Part shown: one piece after another, positions 9,715 through 19,674 of the stretch
How positions within the stretch are numbered: position 1 is the first letter of the stretch
Layout of the letters: each line of letters opens with the position of its first letter
Origin: a virus
Virus record (IMG/VR): IMGVR_UViG_3300027734_000055
Coordinates: 10,776 to 74,775 of that record
Length of the DNA: 64,000 bases
Strand: one strand, 5' to 3'
Made by a program: the position numbers and the translations under genes
The notes under the pieces: generated by a model
Database searches by the model: none
The model's input: only the letters and a program-made list of their open reading frames with translations
What the model was told of the DNA's origin: nothing

Positions 9715-12700
9715 ATGCCAAGCGTAAACGTACCAGGATTTGGAGTCATTGACTTTCCGGAAGATATGTCTCCGGATCAAATTAGCGAAGCAATCAAAAC
9801 ACAAGTTCCTGCTTTTAGACAAAAAAGAGATGAAGAACTTAGACCTGATTTATCATTAGGTGAAGCTGCTAGACGTGCAGTGATTCGTGGCGGTAAACAA
9901 GTAAGTTCTGCATTCGGTGATATTATCCCAGCAATTGGTGCAAGCGCATTAGGTTTTGATGACTATGCTAAACGCCAAATGGAAGAAGCTGCGGCAACCC
10001 AAGAAGAAATTCAAAATAGATTTGCTCCTGAAGTTCGATCCTATAAAGAAGTAACTGGCCCAATGTCTGCACTTAAGTATGGTGTAGAAACCGTTGGTGA
10101 ACAAATTCCTAATTTAGCAACAGCGTTAATACCAGGTGGTGTAGGCGCTATGCTAGGTAGACGTGCTGCGATGGGTGCGGCTGAAGCTGCTGGACTCGGT
10201 ACAAAAGAAGCTACCGAATTATTAGCAAGTCGTCAAGCACTCGGTCAAAACTTAGGTGTCTATCTAGGTTCATATGCTCAAAACGCTCCTGAAGTATTTC
10301 AAAATATATACGACACCTCTGGTCAATTAGAACCAAGTGCAGCTTTGTTATTTAGCTCAGTCGGCGCTGCGTTAGATTCTGCGTTCCCTGCGGCAATTAT
10401 GAATAAACTAACTAAGCCTGCTAAGATGGGCTTGATAGAAAAGGTATTAGAAAAGTCTGGCATGGAGCCAAGTTTACTTCGTAAGATTACAGCAAGTGTG
10501 CCGGAGTCTATAGCACTAGAAGGTTTAACTGAGGGTGCACAAGAAGCTATTAGTTTAAAAGCAGAAAACTTTGTTAATAAGAATGCTGGACTATTTAATT
10601 CTGAAGGCTGGAATCGCATACTAGAATCTACTATACGTGGTGGTATTGCCGGTGGTGCATTTGGTACTGCTGCAGCTATCCCTGAAAGATTAAGTGAAAG
10701 AGCTCAAGCTCAACCTACGCCAACAACTGAACAACCTACACCTGAATCTGATATAGTAGGAATTAAAAAAGAACCTGCTGTGCAGGAGATGAGGACACAA
10801 GATGGACTTCCAATCACCGGAACTAGAGAAGTTAACACCGCAGGAATTGGAGAAACTCTTCAAGTACCTGGACGACCCAATGAGCCAGGACTTCCCACAG
10901 GAACTACAGAAGATCTCGGAGCTGGAGCTCCTGGGGTTACAACTAATGTTGAACCAACTGATGGACGAGAAGCGCAACAGCCCTCTACACTAACTCAAGA
11001 CGCTCAAGATTTAATACGTTCAGTCGAGGCTGGTGGTGTACCAGCTATGATGACTAATAATCTTCGACGTATTGCAAAAGAAAACGGAATTGAGCTTACT
11101 CCACAAACAACACCTAATGACATTATTGCAGCACTTCAAACTAAATTAACTGAAGCCAAGCCATTAGACATAACAGATACAGCACCTATTAGAGATGCAG
11201 CTGAAGTTCCTACTGACGTTAAAGATTCTGAAATCACTCCTCAAGAAATAGTTAAAGCTCAACCTAGCCCAGAAACAGTTACATTACCTGATACAAAAGA
11301 AACAGCTCAATCTATTATTGATCATCTTGTTAATGAATTTGGTAATAATATTAGAACTGCTCAAAATAGAGGCACTATAAAAGTTGTAAATAATGCTGAA
11401 GAGCTTTCTAAATTAGGAGTAGATGTAGCGCCTAATGCTATTGGGGCATACTCAAAAGGTACGTCTTATATTATAGCTAACCGTTTAACTAAAGATAACT
11501 CAAGACGTGCTTTGTTACATGAAGTAGGAGAGCACCACGGGTTAGAAGGCATGCTTGGTAAAAATATTTATAAACAAGTCTTACGCCAAGTTAAACAACT
11601 TAATACTATGGATAAGGTTGTTACCGAAGCTCATGACCATGTTACTCAACAATACCCAGAATTACAAATAGGTTCAGATGCACATACACGAGAAGTGCTT
11701 GCACGGATAGGCGAAGTAGCTCCAGAAAATACATTGTGGAGAAAAGTTGTTGGTGCGGTTAAAAACTTTTTAACTAAAGCTGGATTATATAATCCTAACA
11801 AAATGACTACAGCAGATCTTCATGATTTGATTCTGCACTCTACCAGAACTGTATTAAAACGTGGTACGCCTCAACAAATAACTACCAAGCCAGAAGTTCA
11901 AATGGCTAAAGCAGGTCCTACTAATACAGTAGATCCACAAAATTCTAAAGGTGTTATGGACTCCGTAGGTGATACTATTAAAGCTACACCTATATATAAC
12001 TCTAGATTAGCACAAGATGTAAGAAATGTTTATTCTACAATCCCAGATAGACTTAGAGCTATTGGTCTTTCATTCTTATCATTACCTCAACAAGCAGATT
12101 TATTTGGTAAAGAACTTCCGGCGCTTAATGATCTATTAGATATTATTAATAAACGTGCTGGTGCATTACAACAATATCGACAACAAGTTGATGACAAAGT
12201 ATTTAGGGGTTTTGAATTACTTAAAAATTATCCTAAACCAGTTGTAGATAAATTTAACGATGTTGCACATAAATTAACAGCGCTTCGTATTGATCCTAGA
12301 AGAGGCAAAGATGAACAAGAAAATTGGAATGACCAATTAATAGCTGCATGGAATAATATAGATAAACCTTTACGCGATCTAGCATATGAATACTCAGATG
12401 CTTTTGGCAAATCTAGAGAGACTATGATTAAACAAGTAGAACTCTTTGCTGGTAAATCTATTGCGGATCAATTAAGAAATAGGTTTGAAAAAGAAAAGAT
12501 TTCATTCTACTTACCATTAAGACGTAAAGGTAATTACAGATTAGCTTACTTTGATAAAGATGGTGAGCGTGTTGTAATTCATAAAGAAACTCCTGCTGAA
12601 CTAGCTATTGCAGTTAAAGAAGCGCAGAAAGCTAATGGCCAAGACATAACAACTAGTTTACTCACAAGAGAATTAAACTATAAAGATACGCCTCCTTTAG

Positions 12701-14619
12701 GATTTGCAAAAAGTATTATTGATTTACTAGATGAAAATATTGACGCAGATATTAATGATCCGGATTCTATCTTAGCTAAAGAGAATTTAATTAATGAAGT
12801 CTATAAAACTTATCTAGACACATTCCCTGATGAATCCTTACGTCAACAAATGCGTACTCGTGAAGGTATCGAGGGATATATTAAAGATGTTGTAGGTGGA
12901 TATGCAGATGTAGGATCTAAACTAGCACATCAAGTTTCTAATCTTGAATATAAACCATTACTTGATAAAGCTATGGCAGATGTTAAAAAGAACGAAGCTG
13001 ATTATAGATTATCTCATCCAGACTTAAAAGATAATGTGCCTGTAACCCAAGTCGTTCAAAACTTAATTGATCAAAGAAAATTTCTTGACAACCCTGTAGC
13101 TGACAGTATCTCTTCAAGAGCCAGCTGGTTTAGTTATATGTGGCATATTGCAGGTAATGTATCTTCTGCTGTAGTCAACTTAACTCAAGTTCCTATGGTA
13201 GTACTTCCTATGCTTGGCGGTAAATATGGCTGGTCACAAGCAAGTGCTATGTTAAAAGAAGCATACTCTCAATATACTAAAGGCGGCTTAGATGTCAATC
13301 GTAAGTTCTTACCTGATTTTACTTTTGGCGCTAATCTAAAACCCGGCGATAAATATTATAACTTGTACCACAATGCAGTAAGTCGTTCTGCTATTCGACG
13401 CAGTGTAGGATATGAACTTACAGAAATGAGACGTAGAACTACTGAAGAATTTACAGGTAGAAGAGCTAAGATTGAAACTGGTCTAGGTTGGATATTCCAA
13501 AACTCTGAAAGAATGAATAGAGAAGTGACATTAATCGCTGCGTTCAATTTAGCTAGACAAAGTGGTTTATCTGAACAAGCTGCAATTGATGAAGCTATTG
13601 ATATGACAACTCGTACTCATTCCCATGCTTTATCTGAAGCGGGTCCTCGTATGTTCCAAAACGGTATTGGTAAGATTGCATTCACATTTAAATCTTTTGC
13701 TCAAGCTCAGATATATAACATGGCTCGCTTATTCTATTTAGCATTTAAAGGCGCTAGCGTAGAAGACAGGAGACTTGCACAAAAACAATTGACTGGTATT
13801 CTAGGTATGACCTATGCATTCTCTGGACTCCAAGGCTTACCAACTTATGGCGCGGCTAACATGTTTGCGTCTGCGGTTGCAGCTATGTTTGGTGATGACG
13901 ATGAACCATTTGATTTTGATGAATCAGTTCGATCAGCAATCGGTGACATTGGCTACAAAGGCCCACTCAATGCGTTAACGAATATCGATATAGCATCGAG
14001 AACAGGTTTCAATGGTATGGTGTGGCACGATGACCCAAGACGTTTAGCAGAGGTTGGATTTGCTCCGTACTTTATGGAACATTTCTTTGGCCCTTCCTAT
14101 CAAGCTTTATTTGTGAACCCAGGCCGGGCAATTAAACTTATGAATGAAGGCCAAGTATATAGAGGCCTTGAAACTGTTACACCATCGTTTGTGCGTAATC
14201 CTATGAAAGCATTCCGCTTTGCAACTGAAGGCGCTAAGACAACTAACGGCGCACCTATTGTTGATGACGTAAGTGCATATAGTGCATTCATGCAAATCTT
14301 TGGATTTAATAATGCCGAGTTATCAGAAGCTTATGCACGAGCTGGATCTATGAAAAAGGCAGAACAAGCTATTATGGCAAGACGCACAGCGTTATTAGAT
14401 TTACACTTCTTAGCTAAGTCTAATGGTGATGACGATATGTTAGCTGAAATTAAAGATAAGATTGCAGGATATAATGAGTCATATCCAAGTAATAAGATTT
14501 CTGCTGATACATTAGCTAGATCCTATCGCGGTCATACAGAAAGAATTAAAAACTCTGTTGACGGTGTTTATCTTAATAAGAAACTTAAGAATCAAATCAT
14601 CGAAGAATACGGCGACTAA
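9715..14619 (+). CDS. Large ejection/polyvalent protein with zincin-like HExxH and PLxRFG-like motif
   Basis: 1634 aa; LLHEVGEHHGL and YLPLRRKGNY motifs; last gene of the plus-strand arm. Confidence 0.6.
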   Translation: MPSVNVPGFGVIDFPEDMSPDQISEAIKTQVPAFRQKRDEELRPDLSLGEAARRAVIRGGKQVSSAFGDIIPAIGASALGFDDYAKRQMEEAAATQEEIQNRFAPEVRSYKEVTGPMSALKYGVETVGEQIPNLATALIPGGVGAMLGRRAAMGAAEAAGLGTKEATELLASRQALGQNLGVYLGSYAQNAPEVFQNIYDTSGQLEPSAALLFSSVGAALDSAFPAAIMNKLTKPAKMGLIEKVLEKSGMEPSLLRKITASVPESIALEGLTEGAQEAISLKAENFVNKNAGLFNSEGWNRILESTIRGGIAGGAFGTAAAIPERLSERAQAQPTPTTEQPTPESDIVGIKKEPAVQEMRTQDGLPITGTREVNTAGIGETLQVPGRPNEPGLPTGTTEDLGAGAPGVTTNVEPTDGREAQQPSTLTQDAQDLIRSVEAGGVPAMMTNNLRRIAKENGIELTPQTTPNDIIAALQTKLTEAKPLDITDTAPIRDAAEVPTDVKDSEITPQEIVKAQPSPETVTLPDTKETAQSIIDHLVNEFGNNIRTAQNRGTIKVVNNAEELSKLGVDVAPNAIGAYSKGTSYIIANRLTKDNSRRALLHEVGEHHGLEGMLGKNIYKQVLRQVKQLNTMDKVVTEAHDHVTQQYPELQIGSDAHTREVLARIGEVAPENTLWRKVVGAVKNFLTKAGLYNPNKMTTADLHDLILHSTRTVLKRGTPQQITTKPEVQMAKAGPTNTVDPQNSKGVMDSVGDTIKATPIYNSRLAQDVRNVYSTIPDRLRAIGLSFLSLPQQADLFGKELPALNDLLDIINKRAGALQQYRQQVDDKVFRGFELLKNYPKPVVDKFNDVAHKLTALRIDPRRGKDEQENWNDQLIAAWNNIDKPLRDLAYEYSDAFGKSRETMIKQVELFAGKSIADQLRNRFEKEKISFYLPLRRKGNYRLAYFDKDGERVVIHKETPAELAIAVKEAQKANGQDITTSLLTRELNYKDTPPLGFAKSIIDLLDENIDADINDPDSILAKENLINEVYKTYLDTFPDESLRQQMRTREGIEGYIKDVVGGYADVGSKLAHQVSNLEYKPLLDKAMADVKKNEADYRLSHPDLKDNVPVTQVVQNLIDQRKFLDNPVADSISSRASWFSYMWHIAGNVSSAVVNLTQVPMVVLPMLGGKYGWSQASAMLKEAYSQYTKGGLDVNRKFLPDFTFGANLKPGDKYYNLYHNAVSRSAIRRSVGYELTEMRRRTTEEFTGRRAKIETGLGWIFQNSERMNREVTLIAAFNLARQSGLSEQAAIDEAIDMTTRTHSHALSEAGPRMFQNGIGKIAFTFKSFAQAQIYNMARLFYLAFKGASVEDRRLAQKQLTGILGMTYAFSGLQGLPTYGAANMFASAVAAMFGDDDEPFDFDESVRSAIGDIGYKGPLNALTNIDIASRTGFNGMVWHDDPRRLAEVGFAPYFMEHFFGPSYQALFVNPGRAIKLMNEGQVYRGLETVTPSFVRNPMKAFRFATEGAKTTNGAPIVDDVSAYSAFMQIFGFNNAELSEAYARAGSMKKAEQAIMARRTALLDLHFLAKSNGDDDMLAEIKDKIAGYNESYPSNKISADTLARSYRGHTERIKNSVDGVYLNKKLKNQIIEEYGD

Positions 14620-14820
14620 CTATTTAATTCGCCAAGCTCTAACACCTAAACATCCATCCTTTTCTGTAACATAAGCTTTAACAACTACCTTTGCACGTTT
14701 AGCACCTGTTTCTATTGCGTAAATAATAGGCGAAGGCTTTAAGGTGGGGACAAAGAAACTATCCCCAACACTCATTGCTTCAAACGGAAATATCCATTCA
14801 GGTTCTTTAGTGAGACTCAC
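14620..14820 (-). CDS. Small phage protein, possibly DNA-binding
   Basis: FPFEAMSVGDSFFVP...GVRAWR pattern of a common small phage family. Confidence 0.5.
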   Translation of the reverse strand: MSLTKEPEWIFPFEAMSVGDSFFVPTLKPSPIIYAIETGAKRAKVVVKAYVTEKDGCLGVRAWRIK

Positions 14821-17659
14821 TGTCTAATCCTTTTAATAAGGCTTCAGGAAGAGTAGCTAAATTTATCTTATAAACACTGGTAGCTGATTTACCAAAATCT
14901 TTCCATCCTGCATTCATACGTTTCTTAACATTAGATCCCGCATCTACTTCAATACCTGATTCTTTCATTTGGAATAAGAATTCCTTACGACTGACTGACA
15001 TTTCACTTAAGTATTTATCAAACTCAGTTTTAGAAATCCACATCGTATGCTCGTCATTTTCTACGCGGATTACAAAAGCAGTACGTGGTTCCATCGTAAT
15101 CTTATTGTCTTTGAATGCTAGAATGCCAGTTTGATTTTTATTAATATAATCTGAAAGCACTGATTCATAATCAATACTATTAACCTTAACTACATTGTCT
15201 TTAATAGTAATCATTTCAGTTACAATCTTTTTATATATTCTATCAAGATCAAACTGTGTAATACCTGACGCATTAGTAATTTCACCTGATGTCATAGCAG
15301 CTGCAACTAAGTTTTGATAAAAGCGATATGATGTATCATCGCCAAAGTCTTTAGAAAACTTAGCGCACCACTTATCAATCATCTTACCAATTTCTAATTC
15401 ACCTGTTTTGTATACAGCTTTGATAAACTCTGGTCCTGCCCATCCATGATTAAATCTAAATGAATCAAATATCTCACGACCAAGTGTTGCGTCGTCTCTA
15501 AATACATCAGGCTTTCTTACTGATAGTTCAATAAGTCTTGCTACCTCACCATTAGGATCTTTTTTCAACGTAGTTAATTTATCGTATAAAGAATGATTTG
15601 ATGTAAAGATTGCAATCAACGATGCTGACATCTCGTGTTCACGTTCTGCATTTACTGAAGCTTGCATTCTGATCTTAGATTTACCTTGTGAAATCTTATG
15701 GATCAATTGTGATAATGTCTTAGGTAATATATTACCCACCTCATCGAGGCCAAATGGAATATTATGTAGACCTAAGTATCGGCCTGTCATACCATTTTCT
15801 GTTGCATCTAACACAGATAGATCCTTTGGATTACCCCATACACTTAGTGCTGAATATAAAGCACCTGTCTTAGCTGCACCTGATTCACCTGTTAAACAGA
15901 TTGTCACACCTGATGTAGATGTATAGTCCATGAGTGCTGAACCAAATCCTGCTAACATTGTAAACGCATGTAGTTCTAAACTTGGTTTATTAAGTTTATT
16001 AGCTGCTTCTTTCCATTCTTCGTACTTACCTGCTGGGGCTAAGTGTTTAGCAATACCTCGACATAATGGTGAAGTCGGAGATGATACATCTTTAAAATCT
16101 CTTGTGTATTCAAGCGCACCAATGACAAACGATTCTCTGTTTGGTGTCCATCCCATTTGCATCCGCATAACATCTGCAGCTGACTTGTTCATTAAGTATT
16201 GTCCCCATTTAATTATGTAGTTCATAAGATATCCTACCTCCTTGTTTCCGGGATTAAATAAAACGCCATTACTTGCAATAGCTTCTTTAAACTTCTCAAT
16301 GGCATATACATGCTTGATAGGTAATAAGAATTCTCTTTCGGGGTCGTTTGGTAACATGGCCTTCATGAGCAGACATTCTCCATCTGCAACACTAAAGATT
16401 CGTTTCGTTGGGTAGATATCATAAAGTGAAACTATGATAGGATCTTTGGGGATCGGTACTCCATTTTCATCGTATTCATGCGGTGGTAAGTAATATATAC
16501 CTCCGTTTTTACCGTAGACAAAAGGTTGTAATTCTTGTGGTAACCCATTGAGCTTGGTTGTAATTTTTGTAGTTTGGTTAACTACTTCTGTTTTAGTTTC
16601 TAGTACCGTCTCGCTGACAGGTTGTGACATCTGTAGTTCTTTACCTATGGCTAACGGATTTGTAATCTTGCCTCTAAACGGACACCCTTCGCAACCGCCC
16701 GGATTAACGTTGTTAAAAGTATCGCAAGAGTGTGGTTTATCTTGTGTAGCTTGGGCCTTTCTATTAGTAGCTTCTCGGTCATAGCCTGGATGCTCTTCTG
16801 ACATCATATGGATCGCTGTGTCACGATCAGAACAATGTTGTGCTATGGATAACCCAGAATACCAAATAGGTTCTTGTAAAGTCTTTGCATTTTCTAAGAT
16901 AAACTTAATCTGATTACATCCCTTACCTTCTAAAGACTTAACTGCGATATCGGAAAACTTAGTTTGGAAATTATCCAACTTCATCATCTTACGTTGATCT
17001 TCACTTAGTCCTGTCTTAGGTAACGCTGCAATTAAATCGTCATGCGTTTGTGCAACAGCGCCTAAGAAAGTTTTAAACTCGTCAAATGAGTACATTGGGA
17101 TATCTGTGCCCAATACTTTAGTAGGACTTGGGGGATCTGTTTTTTGATTAAACGTATTTGGACAACGTAAAATCCTAGCTAAATCTGCTGTGACCACAGG
17201 ATCTATGTTAAGACCGTGTGTTAGGCAAAAGTTTTTAAACTTCTCAGCGTAGGGTTTCCATTCTGCTGCAGGTACGTCTTGGTCAAATAACCAGTATGCG
17301 TGAACCCCACCGCCTGAATCTATTCTCACTGGAGGTGGCAATTCATTATCTAAAACAAATTTATCGATAGCATCAAGGGCGTCTTCTTTAGACTCATATC
17401 CTTTGCCTTCGCCGACATCTAAATCTACAAAGAAAGATTTAACTGCTTTAGCTTCCTCTGCCTTACGACTATAACCATTGAATGAACTAAGTGCTACAAA
17501 GATATTAGTCTTCGTATTTTTCTTAGATTCAACAAATGATTCTAACTCATCTATGTTTTCTACGAATTTGTGCTTAGTGATCTTAGCTATCGGATCGATA
17601 GTAGCTACACAATATACGCCTGTAGATGGCAATGCTTTCTTATAAAATTCTTTAATCAT
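14807..17659 (-). CDS. Primase-helicase (AEP/RepB-like primase, Cys cluster, DUF927-like domain, P-loop NTPase)
   Basis: FFVDLD and SGGGVHAYW primase motifs, C...CEGCP cluster, GESGAAKT Walker A, LDE Walker B. Confidence 0.8.
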   Translation of the reverse strand: MIKEFYKKALPSTGVYCVATIDPIAKITKHKFVENIDELESFVESKKNTKTNIFVALSSFNGYSRKAEEAKAVKSFFVDLDVGEGKGYESKEDALDAIDKFVLDNELPPPVRIDSGGGVHAYWLFDQDVPAAEWKPYAEKFKNFCLTHGLNIDPVVTADLARILRCPNTFNQKTDPPSPTKVLGTDIPMYSFDEFKTFLGAVAQTHDDLIAALPKTGLSEDQRKMMKLDNFQTKFSDIAVKSLEGKGCNQIKFILENAKTLQEPIWYSGLSIAQHCSDRDTAIHMMSEEHPGYDREATNRKAQATQDKPHSCDTFNNVNPGGCEGCPFRGKITNPLAIGKELQMSQPVSETVLETKTEVVNQTTKITTKLNGLPQELQPFVYGKNGGIYYLPPHEYDENGVPIPKDPIIVSLYDIYPTKRIFSVADGECLLMKAMLPNDPEREFLLPIKHVYAIEKFKEAIASNGVLFNPGNKEVGYLMNYIIKWGQYLMNKSAADVMRMQMGWTPNRESFVIGALEYTRDFKDVSSPTSPLCRGIAKHLAPAGKYEEWKEAANKLNKPSLELHAFTMLAGFGSALMDYTSTSGVTICLTGESGAAKTGALYSALSVWGNPKDLSVLDATENGMTGRYLGLHNIPFGLDEVGNILPKTLSQLIHKISQGKSKIRMQASVNAEREHEMSASLIAIFTSNHSLYDKLTTLKKDPNGEVARLIELSVRKPDVFRDDATLGREIFDSFRFNHGWAGPEFIKAVYKTGELEIGKMIDKWCAKFSKDFGDDTSYRFYQNLVAAAMTSGEITNASGITQFDLDRIYKKIVTEMITIKDNVVKVNSIDYESVLSDYINKNQTGILAFKDNKITMEPRTAFVIRVENDEHTMWISKTEFDKYLSEMSVSRKEFLFQMKESGIEVDAGSNVKKRMNAGWKDFGKSATSVYKINLATLPEALLKGLDSESH

Positions 17660-17755
17660 ATGCAGTGACTTTCTATTTTTTTAGTCAACAGTACTCCTCC
17701 GCAATAAATTGCGTTTTTTCAAATACCACGGAGGAATCTCTATTCTACTACGTTT

Positions 17756-18067
17756 TTATATCTTATCGATAACTTTAGAACTAATAAAATCTTTAGCATC
17801 GGTCGACGTTACAGCAGGCAACATACCCTTGTCAAGACCTTTGTTTACTAACTCTATAAATTTAGTTATCCTTTCATAATTTTTTTCTCTTACATATTGA
17901 CCCCTGAACCAACTATGTATAGACATTCTTGATACATTGAAGGCCTCAGCTACATAGGTGGTAGGTAGATTTGCTTTTACACAAACCTTACCTAGTTGTA
18001 CTCCTATTCTTGTTGGGTCAGCTTTCTGTAAGGTAATTAAAAATTGTTCACTATAAGGACGTGCCAT
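17756..18067 (-). CDS. HTH DNA-binding protein
   Basis: VAEAFNVSRMSIHSWFRG helix-turn-helix. Confidence 0.7.
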   Translation of the reverse strand: MARPYSEQFLITLQKADPTRIGVQLGKVCVKANLPTTYVAEAFNVSRMSIHSWFRGQYVREKNYERITKFIELVNKGLDKGMLPAVTSTDAKDFISSKVIDKI

Positions 18068-18076
18068 GTTATCTCC

Positions 18077-18958
18077 TTATGATTTAGCAGACCATTTGTT
18101 GATGATACTACTTACATCAGCTTTAGGTGCCTGCGGTTGTTGAACAGATGATTCTCTTAATACAGGTTCTGATACATCAGCTTGTGGCGCAGCCTGTGTA
18201 GGTGCCGGTTGTGCTGGCGCTACATTAGGAACTACTGGTGTAGCTAACATATCTTCTTCTTCCTTCTCTTGATAGATAGAAAGTTTGACATAGTTCTGAG
18301 CTTCTTCTGAATTAGCTAATTCGTTTAATGCAGGAATTACTTCAAGAGGCACAGGTGCGCTTGGTGCAAATAATAACTTCTGATACGTTGCCGCAGGATC
18401 AAAATACATCTTAGTCACAGCAGCGTTGTTATTAATACCACTTGCAGCTAGGTATCTAATATACGTTTGGAACGGACGACCACCATTAACTTCGTCACCA
18501 AAACATGACTTAGGTGAAAGAATTAACTGGATCAATTCCTTAGGTTTAGCAGGAGTTACTACAGCAGTTCTCCATGTAAGCTTACATTGTTGTGCAGCAC
18601 CTTTGATACTATGCGGACATTGATTACATGCCGGAGCTTGTTTATTCTTAACATCAGCATCAGGTGTTCTAGCATCACTTGCCCAGCAAATAATCTTAGC
18701 TTTTTTACCAGGAGTATAAGTACTATCATATAAAGTTCTGCATGGTGTATGCGCCATCTTTACAAAGATAATATCCATTTCCCCGTTTACAGGTGATGAT
18801 GCTACCTCGTTGCCATTCACAAGCATCGTGAACTTACGACCTTCTGTTGAAATCTTTCTACTATTAGCACGACCCGCAACTGCCAATGTATCTTGATTAA
18901 GACCATTAGGTGATGCTAATGAATTTTGTTGCAACTGACTAATTAAATCCATACTCAT
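18077..18958 (-). CDS. Putative ssDNA-binding/annealing replication protein
   Basis: CWASD..P...C..CP..IKG motif, low-complexity C-terminal tail ending in W; located in the replication module. Confidence 0.5.
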   Translation of the reverse strand: MSMDLISQLQQNSLASPNGLNQDTLAVAGRANSRKISTEGRKFTMLVNGNEVASSPVNGEMDIIFVKMAHTPCRTLYDSTYTPGKKAKIICWASDARTPDADVKNKQAPACNQCPHSIKGAAQQCKLTWRTAVVTPAKPKELIQLILSPKSCFGDEVNGGRPFQTYIRYLAASGINNNAAVTKMYFDPAATYQKLLFAPSAPVPLEVIPALNELANSEEAQNYVKLSIYQEKEEEDMLATPVVPNVAPAQPAPTQAAPQADVSEPVLRESSVQQPQAPKADVSSIINKWSAKS

Positions 18959-18968
18959 ATACTTCTCC

Positions 18969-19400
18969 TTATTTACTTGTTGGTTTTCTTACAACTACAC
19001 TAAACTCTCTTACTGAATTAATACCTGGTGGTAAACCTTCACCTTCATGGTTTGCCATATGCTCTGCAAAATTAGTATTGTGAATACGTTGTTGCAGTAA
19101 CTCTAAAGCACCGTGCTCTAAAATATAAGTTTTAAACTCATCCCAATTAATACATGAGAATTGTTCTTTGACTGTTCTAGTAATCGTGCCATTATTAGTA
19201 CGAACACTTTCTACATTCATTGCATTGCATTCTGCTAACATGGCTTGTTCTAACTGTGTTAATTCATCTGATAGCTCGCCATCTTTTGTTTTGTATTGCC
19301 TATACAAGTTTTCTCTAGCTGTTCTAATGGCAATATATGCTTTAACCATTTCGTCTAGCTTTGGACTTTCATGTACCGGTTGTTCTAATTCTTCAGTCAT
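18969..19400 (-). CDS. Conserved replication-module coiled-coil protein
   Basis: Coiled coil, SVRTNNGT, LLQQRI and PPG motifs typical of genes next to SNF2 helicases in such phages. Confidence 0.5.
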   Translation of the reverse strand: MTEELEQPVHESPKLDEMVKAYIAIRTARENLYRQYKTKDGELSDELTQLEQAMLAECNAMNVESVRTNNGTITRTVKEQFSCINWDEFKTYILEHGALELLQQRIHNTNFAEHMANHEGEGLPPGINSVREFSVVVRKPTSK

Positions 19401-19674
19401 TTGTTAAAATCTCCTCTAAATGGTCGTTAAGATACTTATTAATAAACTTCTTTCCTGCATCTGTAATTCTCCAATAAACGCCTGACGGTCGAGTATTAGC
19501 TTCTAAATATCTATTTGGTTTTTTCCTAATTACCGCTGAAAATATTCGTACGTACCCGTGACCCCAAGACTCACAGAATTCATGCACTGTTTCATGGTGT
19601 ACTTTTCTATCTTTAAAATTTGTCCACCAATTTAACATCCAGACATATTCTCTAGCTTCTTTATTTAATCTCAT
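19393..19674 (-). CDS. Hypothetical protein
   Basis: 93-aa ORF overlapping both neighbours in the operon. Confidence 0.5.
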   Translation of the reverse strand: MRLNKEAREYVWMLNWWTNFKDRKVHHETVHEFCESWGHGYVRIFSAVIRKKPNRYLEANTRPSGVYWRITDAGKKFINKYLNDHLEEILTND

